Part shown: one piece after another, positions 32,864-45,846 of the stretch | How positions within the stretch are numbered: position 1 is the stretch's first letter | How the letters are laid out: each line of letters opens with the position of its first letter | From: Bugula neritina | Taxonomy: Eukaryota; Animalia; Bryozoa | Assembly (NCBI GenBank): GCA_964035545.1 | Contig: OZ037765.1 | Location: 13,402,698 to 13,466,697, forward strand | Length of the DNA: 64,000 bases | Direction of reading: 5' to 3' | Translations under genes and position numbers: made by a program | The notes under the pieces: model-generated | What the model saw: the letters and a program-made list of their open reading frames with translations, nothing else | Database searches by the model: none | Told to the model about the DNA's origin: nothing

Positions 32864-35800
32864 TTATTTGCTTAAAATCTGTGAAAGTTTTGCTGTCTTA
32901 TAGTCTGAGCGAAGTTGAATAAATGAGAGAAGAGTTGTCTTCTCCAGTTGGTTGAGAGGTTCTCCAACACAAATCTGTTTGAGGTTGTCTGCCGGCACTA
33001 CTAGTAAATTGCAGAGAGCATGCAGGACGTCAAACAGCTGTACAACTTGATCGCAGCCCAGTTCTTTGATACAAGTCCTATATTCATTGACATCACATAT
33101 AGCCAACATGGCACCCATAGAGTCGTACTGATATTGCAACAGGTGCTCGTATATCAACTTATGTAATCTAATGCCCAGCTCAAACAGCATCCCTTTCAAG
33201 TTCTTGCCATCTAGTTGAGTTTTGACAGTGTTCAGTGTAGAACTGATATATGAGACTACAGTAGCACATGCTGGAGAGTGCATCATGCTTATTTCAGCTG
33301 TGTCAGGTTTGAAGTCACTCCTCTTCTGTTCTGTAGCCAGAAGGTGTCTTGTGTATCCACATATTGCCATCAGAGTTCTCTCTAGTCCCAAATCTAACTT
33401 CATTTCAAACTAAAACCACAGCAATTTCTATATAAAACAACTCCAATAACAGACATAAAACTTTAGGAAAATAAGGTGTTCACAAGGTGCAACAGCCAAG
33501 CTAGTATAATTTAAATATTGATAATTTCAGTGTTGACTTGCATTAAAACTATCTCACAGTTAGCTGTATCAACTGAAAGCGACTTTGACGTCTAATTGCG
33601 CAATTTTATAGGTTTCACTTGTAATTTCAAATAGTCTTTAATATTTTTACTTTTTTTAGTTTAGTTAGCTTGTTAGAGCTTAGTTAGACACCTTCTATGA
33701 AACAAAATTTAGCAAGGAAAATGCTATGTTAAGAACTGCTTGCTACATTAGAGTCAATATATACAGAAAAAACATGCAAAGTATTTTTTAACTTGTTTGT
33801 ATAGATTAATACCTTTTCAATCCAAGAAGTTTTAGTTTGAGAACATTCGTCTTGCTGTGGGGTTCTAACAATAATTGGCCACAAACTATCTGCAAACTGC
33901 TTTTCAAACAGGTGAACAATTGCACTGGTGTCAGCAACAGCCGTGAAGAAGTGAAGGTTTGGTTCAACTTTACTATCAGCCAAAGGGCAATAGTACAGGG
34001 CAAGCTCTACAATATTGTATATCATCATATGTCACACTCATCAGCACAGAGTTGTTAGTACAGAGCAGGGTTGGGGTCAATTACATGTGAATGTAATTAA
34101 TTACAATTACATGAGAATTTGTCAATTACAATTATAATTACATTCAAACATTAATGTAATTAATTACAACTGCAATTACATGGCAATGTAATTAAATACA
34201 ATTACAATTACTTTTGTTCTCGGAAGAGATAAATAGAAGTTTGCAATTTCACTTCTAGGGTTCAACTAGCAGGGGCAATTTTGACAGTGCTGAACTTCCT
34301 TTGTTCTCAACAGTGATACTATACCACATTGACTTAATCTGAATTTGTTATTTAACAGTAAGCATGATAGAAAAAGTATGAATTTTTAGCATTTTAAAGT
34401 TTGAAGTAATTGAAATGTAATTATAAAGTAATGGTAAAAACCAATTACATTAGATATGAAATTAATTACAATTACAGTTTTATACATCAATTACAAATTA
34501 CATTCAATTACTTGAAAAAATGTAATTAATTACAACCAATTACAATTACCTCAACCCTGGTACAGAGTTATTTTTTCATGTTTCAGCAGGATTCTATGAT
34601 ATCAACTTCTATAGCTGACAAATGTTTAAATTGATGAGCATAATATTTATTATCAATAGCCTATTGTTTTGGTATTAGGCAGTCATTCAATACAAGTAAA
34701 ATGAACTATTATCATTAGTTAACAAAGTAGATAGAAAAAGGCAAACTCAACTTTTTTTTACAAAATCTCAACGATGCATCCAACAGTTTATCTCAATTTG
34801 TTCAGTAAATGAACTTACCTATAGCGTAGTCAATAAACTCCGCACACAAGAACTGCACTAGAATGTTGTATATGTCTGCTGCATGTGATGACAGATCCTT
34901 GCTGCCAACCAATATTTTACAGCGACCGTAAGCCAGCTTGAAGTTTTGAAGAATACTAATAGCTACTTCTTGAGATAAGAATACCTGAAAATATTAGAAA
35001 TTAAAATTTAGAATTATCTTCATGAGCTTCAGAAAAAATTAAAAGTCTTTTAGCAAATTGTCAAGAGGGAGTGCCACAGCTATAGCTCTTGGCTTTATAG
35101 ACAAAACTCCTTCACACATAAGACTCCAAGTCTGAGCTGATATATGATCTACTAATATCACTGGGTAGTTTTATCATCTTCATTAGCTTGTTGGTTCAAT
35201 CCAAGGTTTACATTGAAGGAATAAGCCTCAACTATGTTAATATCGCAAAATCATCTCAATAGTGTATGAAGTTGCCTCCTCACATCGTGGCAATAACCCT
35301 CCCACACGCTGAGCTTCATTCACACTAGAATACATAATTATAGTAATGTTACAGTACCTCTCCTTTGTACCCTTCAAGGTCAGGGCCGATGTTGATGTGA
35401 GTTTTAGCTTGAATTCCTCGTATCATATCAGTGAATCCACCTGCTTGCAACTGCTTTTTGTTGTGGTTTCGGCTCTCGTAATACTTGGATAAGGTCAGAG
35501 CGGTATTTTCTCTCAGGAAGCTGTATTCCTTGCTGTGTATAACAATATTAGACTAAGAATGCGCCAACTCCGGCATTCTAAGACACATACATTTGTTTAT
35601 CTAATTATTTTTTTTAAATTATTATCTTTAAAAGTGATACATAGTTTACGAAATATAACAACTTTAATCATAGCTAATTACCTTTAGACCAAAGGTGGTT
35701 TTATGTATTACAACTATATCAGAAGTGAAAATTTCATCAGAAGAATTAACTCAAGCAAAGTTATTTAAAAACTGATGAATAATGTTGCACAACATAAAAC

Positions 35801-37849
35801 CCTGGCGAGGTGACATGATTTTTTTAAAAGAAAGTGACTCTTAATTTCAAATACTTACTTTACGTAAGTGTCAAGGTATTTTCCAAATAAATTAATTTTA
35901 GTTAACTTCATTAGAAAAGTCGTATCTCCTCCAATTTTAAGCTGTTCGGCCAGAGTGTTGGAGAGTTGCGTCACGCCATGGTATAGAATACTCAAAGTGC
36001 TCAGATAAGCCTCAGTGTTAGTCGAGAGTGCAGACAGTGTGGTATCTATATGCTCCTTTAGTTTGCATGTGTAAATGTTGGTAACAAACTTTATCATAAC
36101 ATTTTCAGCGTTGAAGAACACCTGTAAATATAGGTACAGCAGTGAGCACCAATCAGAAATACTGAATGCAGGAAATTTATGAAAATATTGGTACATGGTT
36201 AAAAATTTGCACTTTAACCTTGGGGTCTGACTGAAGGGGAGAGTAATTATTTACTGCACAAAGACGCCAACCATAAACAAAGTTGAGAAGTGATCTTGTT
36301 AGGAGTTGCTATAAAAGCTGTACCTGAGTGATAATTCCGGAGGTGGCAAGGCATAGCTTCTCTACTTCCATGACTACATCTTTTTGTCCAAACTTTTGCT
36401 TTTGACTTTCATCTATAAAGAGGTCTATGAGATGGTTGTAACATTTGAAGTTTCGGAGAATCTCGCACATTCTTCTCATCTCCTCTATCTTTAGGATAAA
36501 CAAAATGGTGATGCAGAAAGAATAAAACTTAGTTTAAGTTTTTCTAGTAATCAAAGTATACAGTGCTCCCTCCATATCTCACTGAACTGTGGGTCCCAAA
36601 ACTGTGATTTGTGACATAGTAGATCCGTTAAATTCGGACATTTTGTTCCTATACGCACATACATAGGCCACAAAATGGAGGTCCAAGCCCTTCTTATGAC
36701 CTATGAAAATTTGTGAAAAATGGATCCGTTAGATACGGAAGGAGCACTGTATAATAATTCCGAAGCATAAATCCAATTAAATCATATATGCCCTCCAAGA
36801 GTTGCTGAAAATGGTTAAGTTAATGATGGTGTTTATGAATCCTACTACTAAATAGAGTTCCAAAGATCGGTGATAGGTTTTGCATACCAAAGCGAAATAG
36901 TAAAGACATTGATAACTGTTTCTAACCTCTCCATAATTGTAGGCATTAATAAACTCATCCATCAACTTCTTTTCAATGTTTCCATAAGCTTTCTCCACCC
37001 GAGTTTTGGCTCTTTCAAACTTGAGATCCCCAGCTACAGGCAGCTCTTGAGCAATAATCTGTAGTTTTTGAACCAATTCAGCTGCTTCCTCAATCCTGAA
37101 AGGATCAGCTAGTATTTCATCCAGTCCAGGATCTTTCTGTCAATATTAGATATATGAAAAACAGTTGCATTAATCATAAAAGACAGCACACCACAACTCT
37201 TGCCATCATTGTACTAAATACACAAACTATAGCAGCCCACCTCAGAGAAGAATAAGTTTAGATAATGCATCATGTGCAAAGCTTCAGCATTTCGAGCTCG
37301 TGGAATATTGACACTCTCGAGTTGATCACCAAGATGCACCACCTTCCTAGCCACAAAGTTTATTCTTTCATCAAGCTGTTGGAAATTGTGAAACGCTTGC
37401 TGCAAAAACAGAATGTGCAATATATATGTGTGTGTATGTGTGTGCATGTGATTATTCTTCAGACCACAACTGTACATCACAACATTATTCTCAACACTAA
37501 ACCCATAATCATATCAATCATGACACAAATTATGCCTTCGAACCTGGTTTTCCTTCAACAGATCTTGTACTTTTTTTCGCTGACGACCTTCTTCTTCAAT
37601 ACACTGAGCCTCAAGAGCTTGAACCCTTTTGTCTAACTTCCTTCCATAATCAGTAAGTTGTTGAATAGTCTGACAAAATGCACCATGCAGTCTCATAGGA
37701 TCAAATCTTGTGTGATCAGAATCAGCTGCTGATTGGCTGAAGACTTCATTCTGACTTGATTGAGTTTTCACTTGATTTGACCTCCAAGCAAGTCGTTCCA
37801 CAAACTCGTCAACATTGAACGGATCTTGTGATAATTCGTCCAATGACAT
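32864..37849 (-). CDS. EXOC5: Exocyst complex component 5 (Sec10), 9 coding exons
   Basis: MSLDELSQDPFNVDEFVERLAWR; FQQLDERINFVARKVVHLGDQLESVNIPRAR; KLQIIAQELP; FLSQEVAISILQ; EQKRSDFKP; LDGKNL; MGAMLAICDVNEYR; LHALCNLLVV; FIQLRSDYK. Exons ~37547-37849, 37242-37400, 36927-37137, 36324-36489, 35859-36122, 35359-35532, 34819-34984, 33812-34006 and 32864-33409 all have GT-AG boundaries. Confidence 0.96.
34066..34559. mobile_element. Non-autonomous hAT-superfamily element (MITE), 494 bp, in an EXOC5 intron
   Basis: Termini CAGGGTTGGGGT...ACCTCAACCCTG (TIR); perfect 8-bp TSD GTACAGAG at 34058-34065 and 34560-34567; subterminal (T)AATTAC/GTAATT repeats at both ends. Confidence 0.92.
36561..36749. 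mobile_element. Tc1/mariner (Tigger/pogo-like) MITE, 189 bp, in an EXOC5 intron
   Basis: TIRs CAGTGCTCCCTCCATATCT / AGATACGGAAGGAGCACTG (17/19 match), flanked by TA at 36559-36560 and 36750-36751. Confidence 0.85.
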
Positions 37850-37869
37850 CTAGCTAAGAAAACAAATAT

Positions 37870-38520
37870 TACTTATATCAAATTTAATAATAATATTATT
37901 ATATTATTCATCAATATTTATACTTACTATTTAGTTGAATACTGATACTCTTATTATTAGTATTATTATTACTATTACCATTAGTGTTACTATTAGTATT
38001 ACTATTATTAATAGTATAACACTAACACAGCATCATTATTATTATTAATAGTATTACTATTACTAATATATTACTATAACTATAAGTATAACATAAACAA
38101 TAACATTTAGTTTAACTTCAAGTTTACTAATACTGAGTAATAGTATTACTATTAGTATTAGTAATACTAATAGTATGTTACTATTAGTTTTAAACTTATA
38201 GTCATACTTACAGTTATAGACTATAGTTATACTTATAGTAATAGTTATTGTTAAACCCAAGTTAAACTTAAAGTTAATGTTATTGTTTATGTTATACTTA
38301 AAGTTAATCTTTATCTTAGACTTATGCTTATAGTTATAGTTATACAGTTATACTTAAACTCTTAAAATTATAGACTATAAGTAGAGTAAAGTTTTTACTT
38401 GTTAACTGTATCAATACTTACGAGTTATAGATAAGACCAGTTGCACTAAATTAAAATAGTAGTAAACAAACTTCTTGACACTAACATCAGCACAGTACAG
38501 GTAATTATGACTATAGCAAA
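37870..38520. repeat. 3/6-bp periodic tract in the inferred EXOC5 intron 1
   Basis: attagtattattattactattaccattagtgttactattagtattact, gttaaacttaaagttaatgtt, atagttatacttatagtaatagtt. Confidence 0.8.
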
Positions 38521-38629
38521 ATGAAATGACTAATAATATTATAAGTTGTACTTGTAGTCAATAGGAAGCTACAGCAAATCATTATTAGAAGGAAGATAAC
38601 TCTATATGTGAGTCACTAATCATTGCTAG

Positions 38630-38920
38630 TAAGCTATGCGCTATTATGATGGGTTAAGCGTAATGCCCGCTGTTTGATTACCAATAATTAAAAAAGAAAT
38701 TAGTTTAGGTCTATTACTTTTACTTGGAGTTACATACTCGAGGGGATTTAGCGCATTCTAACAAACGTAGCCATTCTCGAGGAATGCATTATTCGCTGCT
38801 AAACAACTTTCGCTAATAGCAAACAATAAACATACCGTTACAGTTTGTGTTACGGCAACAATAATGATCATAATAACAAAAACTAGCCAAATATACTTAT
38901 ATTTGTTGTCCGTACGGTAT
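38630..38920. promoter_or_regulatory. Probable bidirectional promoter / overlapping first exons of EXOC5 (-) and NUDT9 (+)
   Basis: CpG-rich patch between two periodic tracts; minus-strand donor ACG|GTATGT at ~38836 and plus-strand donor CG|GTATTT at 38916/38917. Confidence 0.55.
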
Positions 38921-38989
38921 TTACTTTTAATTTTTTATATTTATAATATTTATGAATGACTGCAGTAGCTGTAACCTACAGAACTTCTT

Positions 38990-39480
38990 GATTATAGTTT
39001 TAATATAAACTCAAAGTCAAAGCCTATCACTATCAGTATGAGTATCGACTTCGAGATACTGATAGTCATACTCTTAGTCATACTCATAGTGATAGAGTTA
39101 AACATTATTATTATGATTATCCCTATAAGTATAAATGTAATCATTATTATTATAGTAAAGTGATTATCATAATAATTATGATTAACTTTTAGTTGTAGTA
39201 TTCAGTATTACTATTAGTATTAGTATTACTATTAGTATTGCTATTCTATCACTATTACAGATTACTATTACTATTACTATAGTCAGTATTACTATTAGTG
39301 ATACTAATAGCAATAGTATTACTATTAGTAATACTAATAATATCACTATTAGTATTAGTTTTACTATTAGTATTACAGTAATAGTATTACTATTATATTT
39401 GGTATTATATTTACTTTTAGTATTCACTTTTAGTTGTGTTATTAGATTTTAATTTACTGTTAGTTGTCGTTTAATTCACT
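38990..39480. repeat. 3/6-bp periodic tract in the inferred NUDT9 intron 1
   Basis: tatcactatcagtatgagtatc, gatactgatagtcatactcttagtcatactcatagtgatag, (att act att agt)n. Confidence 0.8.
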
Positions 39481-40227
39481 CTATAAATGCAAAAATATTA
39501 AATCATAGTTGATCACTGAGTTGACTGATCAATTTTAATTAACTTACAAGTATATGTAAAACAGTTATTAGTTTACGTAATTATTTGAAATTATGTTCAC
39601 TTTATTATTAATAAAAAGTGGTATTATAAAGAGTGCATTGCTAGCTGTAGCCCTTTTTATTTTCAACTTATTTGTGTCTAATATCAATGCATAATAAAGT
39701 AGCTTATTTAAATTTGCAATAAGGTTAAAGCACTACCTAATTACCATAGCTATAAGTATTTGGGCAAGAGAAAGTTATAGTTGATTAGTTAATTAGGCAA
39801 ATCATATTGAAATAACTATTAAATTAAAATTTCAAAGAAATTATCTAAAATTTCGATTAGCTCTTGAAGATTTCGTCTTGCTTTAAAATTTAAAATATGT
39901 GACAATTCTATTGATTGCAACTTAAAATAAGTAAAATCTTTACTAAGTTGATTCATGTCAAGAAATATGAGTATTATGTTAAGGTGGTGACTTAAACCAA
40001 CCTCTGCTTTTAGATTTTGCTTTAAAAGATTTTCAAACATGCACTGTCACTATTTGAGAAAAAATAACAAGCTGTATTGAAATTTTAAATTACTAAAGCA
40101 AAGATAGCTATTAGTAACAGCAGTTACCATCATTGCCATTGCATTTCTTATACTTATTTTTCATAAAATTTTATGAGCATTTATGCAACAAACTAAATCT
40201 ATTGCTTGAGCATTAGTTTAGATATAC

Positions 40228-40712
40228 TGTTGTAGTTTTGTGCACTATTAAAGTGGGGTATTATTGTGCACACGAATTACTGCTGCATAGTTTACTACGA
40301 GGTTGCAAGAGAAACTGAAGTAGTTAACGTTTATAAAAGATGTATATTTAGAAGCTAATTAAATACAAACAAAGTCATTAATAGTTGCAAAAGAATATAC
40401 ACATATAGAACAGCTACACAATATTGTTCTAGTTTATTTGACAGTTATCCTCCAACTGAGGTTGGGCGCCGGAAGGCGCTATTTATATCTGAAGGGTTGG
40501 CTCTGATTGGCCGGTGGGGGGGGGTTCCGGTGGTGCCACCGTATGGAGTGACGCGGGTGCCGCATGAAATTGCTGCGTCGCTAACGAAGTTGTAGTCTCT
40601 TGGAACTTTGTAATACTTCATAATATAATATAATACAAGGTCACAACTCTGCTGCAAGTACTTATACAGGGAAGGTTGGGGGGTATACATTGTACTTCCC
40701 ACAGCCACTACA
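40228..40712 (-). mobile_element. Solo LTR (485 bp, probably Ty3/gypsy), antisense in NUDT9 intron 1
   Basis: TG...CA ends (TGTTGTAG / CCACTACA, imperfect inverted ends); 4-bp TSD ATAC at 40224-40227 and 40713-40716. On the minus strand, CCAAT (40506-40510), TATAAA (40482-40487) and AATAAA (40433-40438) occur in U3-R order. GC/CpG-rich interior. Confidence 0.78.
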
Positions 40713-41155
40713 ATACACATTAATTGGAATCACTTAGTCTACTCAGATTAGACATTTGCAAAGATGATGCATTTTCTATGTAAAATGTGATCACAGGTAG
40801 TTTTAAACAGCTGTAGATTTAAAATAGAAAAATTTTTTTATTAACAAAGCAGTTGGAAAAATGCAAGAAAGTTACAAATATAATTTTAAAACAAAGTAAA
40901 AAATTAAAGTGTCTACAAGAATTAAGCCCTTGGTCATGTGCTTCTTTTATTGGTGTTTTCACTATAATATTTATGATTTGTAAAAAAACTTCCGTTAGTA
41001 CACAGTATGCAATTCATAGCAAATTCATTCTCTATGTTTTCATATGTTTTTTAATTGTCCTGCATCTGAAATAATACATTTAATCATACTTATTATAATT
41101 TTTTGTATTTTACATTATGAATCATCTTTACAGAGATTCAACCTAGCTTGCAAAG

Positions 41156-44100
41156 ATGAGCAAACCCGCACCAAAACCCAGGAAACATAAAAATTGTTTA
41201 TCCAAGACATACTGTAGGGATGATAAGCAAAATAGATTTCCTGTACAAGAGAATCAAATAGTTTGGGAAGCTTCATATCCAGAATATGATCCAGATGATT
41301 TCACAATGCCCCACATACTGAAAGGTCCAGTCTGGGCTGACCCTAACATCAGGTAAATTATAGTGCATTTTTACTCTTTTAGGAAGCTGTGAAATCTGGT
41401 TTAAGGTTTTTCTACTTGATCATTTGTTGGCAGAGGTATTCAGTTTCTTTGTGCTTTAATAGCTTCCCCTTACTTATATTTACTTATGTGATGACACTAT
41501 TCTTAAGTATAAATATTGCACAATGCATATAAAGACGTATTAAGTATAGCTAGCAAAATTCCCAACATATTGCAATAACATAATTGTACTCACATTTTTA
41601 GTTTGGAGGTTAAATAAAACACACAAATACTATTTTAATGTTGTAATAAAATGAATAAAAAAAAGTTATATAAACCTATTTTTAGGTATGTTGATGAGGC
41701 AGCAACATTAACTACAGTCGATGCTATGCTATATTTTTTGTTCTACCATATTCTATATATTAATTTAACCACATAGAATACATACATTTGTGGTAGTTTT
41801 CTTTTCCTTAGCCAGATCTATTAAAATAACTAGCAAAATCATGTGAATATAAATTAATTAGAGGATGCAATAGAATAAATTAAATATAGGTTTATTGTCA
41901 AATAATGCTGCTGTTATGTTACTAATATATAGCAGTGCAAGAACTTCTAGAACTTGCTAGCTGTCAGACTATTTTGTGTCATATCAGATGCATTGCATTG
42001 AAGTTGAATAAGGTTGCTATTTTAGCTACTTATATAAATTAAATAAATAGTTCAACTAAAATTAGCCAGTTCTCTCTATACATTAATATGCTTTTCAACT
42101 CATACATCACGTATATATTAGACATCACATATATATGTAGTATTTCTTTCTACTGCAGGGTTGTAGATGCAGATATACAATTCAATGACATAGATGGGAA
42201 ACATGATAGAAGAAGTCATCATGGACCTTACAAAATAGATGACGAAGGATCACCTCTGTATGTACCCTAAAGTGCTATGTTGTGATATTTCAACTGACTA
42301 TTAAATATTGCTATGTTAATTTTGTGTGTATTTAATTTTGAATTTAATATTAACAACTAAGTTGTTATATTTTTGCAGAAACCCAGTTGGCAGAACTGGT
42401 TTGAGAGGGAGAGGCACGTTAGGTAAATGGGGCCCTAACCATGCAGCTGACCCTGTGGTCACCAGGTAACTAGCTTCTTGTAATCTTTGTGGTATGAGTA
42501 AGCACAATACAGTTTTAGTTGTATCTACAAAGTACTATCTAGAAAAAAACTATTTTCTTTAAGTTGCCTTCTCTTTATACGGGAGCAAAAATTCTAGTTG
42601 AACAGGTTTGTAGATCCTAAAGGTATTAAAGTAAATACTAGAATTAGGATGAATGCAGAGAATATTATAGGAAAGTGAATTAACGACATGGGTGCACATC
42701 AAGGGAGAAAATATATTCTGAGGTTGATGAGTGGTTCTATATAGCTGTGTATACGATTTGATTGAATTGTAATTGAGTTTTACAACCAAAATTCTTTAAA
42801 AATTGGTATGATGTGCCAGTTATTTTAATAGGATTAGTTTCAAATAACTTCCTTACTGTTTAAAATAGTATATTATGGTGCTTAATAAGATTTATTGCTG
42901 TGAACTTTGCCCTCGGTATAAAGTAAAAATTATATGTGAAGATAATTTACAACAACATACTGTACATATTATTTGGAATACTATTTTATAATTTTAGATG
43001 GAAACGAGATAAAAACAATAAAATTGTTTGCGACAAAGAAACCAATAAACCAATTCTTCAATTTGTAGCAATTGTTCGAAGAGATCATGGTGACTGGGCA
43101 ATACCTGGTGTAAGCATTAAGTGCATTATTTAGTGAAGAGCATATTTTACTAAACTATTGTTTAATCACAATATAGCGATCATTCATAGTTGTGTTTTCA
43201 CATAAATAAGTTATTCCCATCAATTGTGTAGGGCATGGTAGATGCTGGCGAAAGTTTATCAGTGACACTCAAAAGAGAGTTTGGTGAAGAAGCTTTAAAT
43301 ACACTAGAAATTTCTATTGACCAGCGTGATGATCTCAAACAGCATATCGACAAGATTTTTCAGAACGGGACAGAGGTTTGTGGGTCTATGGCTTAACCTA
43401 AAATTGTATTTGAGTATTGCTTTGAAATTTATATCTCTTGGGTTTTTTTCCATTTTGACTTTCTAATTGTTTGATCGTTTTAAAGTAGCTGAAAAATGGT
43501 TTAGCTGATGACAATATACAACATATGTTCAATAATTAATAGTTCTCAGCCTTCAATAAATTGTTTATCATAAATGTTTATTGACTTTGAACCACACAAC
43601 TATACACTCTACTCAACTTTGATGGCTGTTGACTTTTGTTTAGATTACATAACTGTGAACTGCCAGTTATTGTTTAGGTTAATGTGTTAGCTGATCATTC
43701 TTACTAGTTTTTAAAAAGAATTATTTTTTAAAGAATTTTTTAGAGTTGTAACTTAGGGCTCATGAGGAATAAAAACTAGTTATTAGAGGTAATTTAATTA
43801 ATCATCTGTGACACAATATTTCTTAGATCTACAGAGGATATGTAGATGATCCTAGGAACACAGACAACTCATGGATGGAGACTCAGGTTTATAACTTCCA
43901 CGATGAAGATGGGCAATCTGTAGGGATCTTTCGATTAAATGCCGGTAAATATTTTGTTCTGGCACCTAGCTATAAGAAATGCTCCATAGAAAATTTTTGT
44001 ATTGGCACAAGTTAAATATGATATAAAGTCATTAAGCATATATATTTTACAATAATTATAAAATAATAGTTATTTGCAATACAGTGTTGTTTGTGTTTCA

Positions 44101-44705
44101 CAAAAATAATTGCTTGCTGAGTTAAGCTAGCCTCTACAAAATTAGCATCTTTGCACATAAGTTTACAGAGATGATTTCTTATAAAATTGTTTTGACTAAT
44201 ATACAGGAACACAAATTTTATTTAAGTGTTTTTTAAAATTGTTAAAAGTTTTAATTTATAAAAAAGTTTGAAGAAAATAAGAAAACATGGAGTCCTAGAA
44301 GTGTAGCCAAGTTTAATTTTATGTAATTAAATCATTGAGTCATAAATTAATAATTCTAAAATGATGCAAGCAAATTTAGTCTTATAATATGTTTATCCAA
44401 TATTGAGACCTTTTCACTCAGTATTTTAAACCCATCATTCCAAATTTGTTGAAGCTAGCCACAAATCTTACACTGACAATCAAAAAGAGTTTATGTACTA
44501 TTTTTGAATTTTGTTTCATTACTAAAAGTACCTAATACAGAGTTAGTGGTGCACTGCATGTTGCTAATTAATGTTTATTGAATTACTTGTAGGTGATGAT
44601 GCAACTGGTGTCAAATGGACAGATATAAACAGAAATTTGAAGCTCTTTGCTTCACATGCAGATTTTATAAAATCTGTTGCTGAACTTCATAACGCTCATT
44701 GGTGA
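41156..44705 (+). CDS. NUDT9: ADP-ribose pyrophosphatase (Nudix hydrolase 9)
   Basis: Exons ~41156-41352, 42159-42257, 42379-42465, 42998-43108, 43232-43375, 43827-43944 and 44593-44705: [76 protein letters not shown] (NUDT9-type Nudix box), [30 protein letters not shown], ends AHW-TGA. Confidence 0.96.
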
Positions 44706-45846
44706 CCCAAAAAGCAGCATAATCAATATGGTTTATCTCCTAGAAAGTTGAGATAAACAATTGCATGATGAATTGTGCAAAGGTTTAGTTTAAGGTTAAT
44801 GGCAGTGTAGTTTAGAAATATATTTGTTTTATAAACTAGGTGTTGAGGAGCCGTAAAAAGCTAATTTACTCTCCTGTAGGTTTATTAAGAAGATTTCACG
44901 ATACAGTTTATACCTAGATGCCTGTGTTTGTTCCTCTTGCCGGAACAGCTTATTTTCATGTAACAAGTCTCAAATATTTGTAAATCTGTCAGATTAATTC
45001 TTTTAGTCACTTCATTTTATTCACATAATAATTTCGGTCTTCATAGCAATAGCTGGAATTATCTTCTCATAACCAACAATCCATTTGTATTGTGTTTTTC
45101 TATTAACTTCTAGCTTTGTTGAATGTATGAACCTTCCTATTATTTACCATACAATGGCACAGTCACTCTTGTCAAACAAACATATAGTTGCATTAAAGTC
45201 TATACAATGAGTAGAGTACAGCTATGTTATTTGCATATTATTATACATTTATGATCACATATATCTAATTTTTTGTACATCTATTACATGATTTTTATAT
45301 TTGAAATTCCAGCTTTATATTCCCCACATGTTTCTGTAAATATGAATATTTTATTTATATCAATACATATCAAATGTTGTGAAAATAATTTCATCTTTAT
45401 CACAAAACCTAAAGTGTGCAAAATGATTATAATTTTTGGATAACTGTTTATTTTCAATTCATAATTTTATTTCATGCTACTATTCTGATGGCCAGCCACT
45501 AGGCAAAATCTTTGGATTAGTTTTGAATTTCATGAACCAAACAATAAAAAATAAAATACACGTGTAAAACAGAAAATACTATGCAGAATATCATTCTTTT
45601 GATAACTTCAAAACAATTACAGTTTATGAGATTTATCGAAATTGCAACACACGCCCAAATATAACTTGTAAATAACACAGTTATTGTAAAAAAAAACTTG
45701 TACATAAATATTTTACTCTTTGATCTATCAACTGCTACAATACAAAGCACTCCAGGTAACAAAATGACAACTCATTAGAATTCTAGAAAAAGCAGCTAGA
45801 ATACAGTTTAGTTGATACAGTTAGACATTAAACAAATAAAACCGGG

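Noticed and set aside
40445-40720. 91-aa ORF in a GC-rich patch
   Set aside because: It lies within the solo LTR and has no recognisable protein features.
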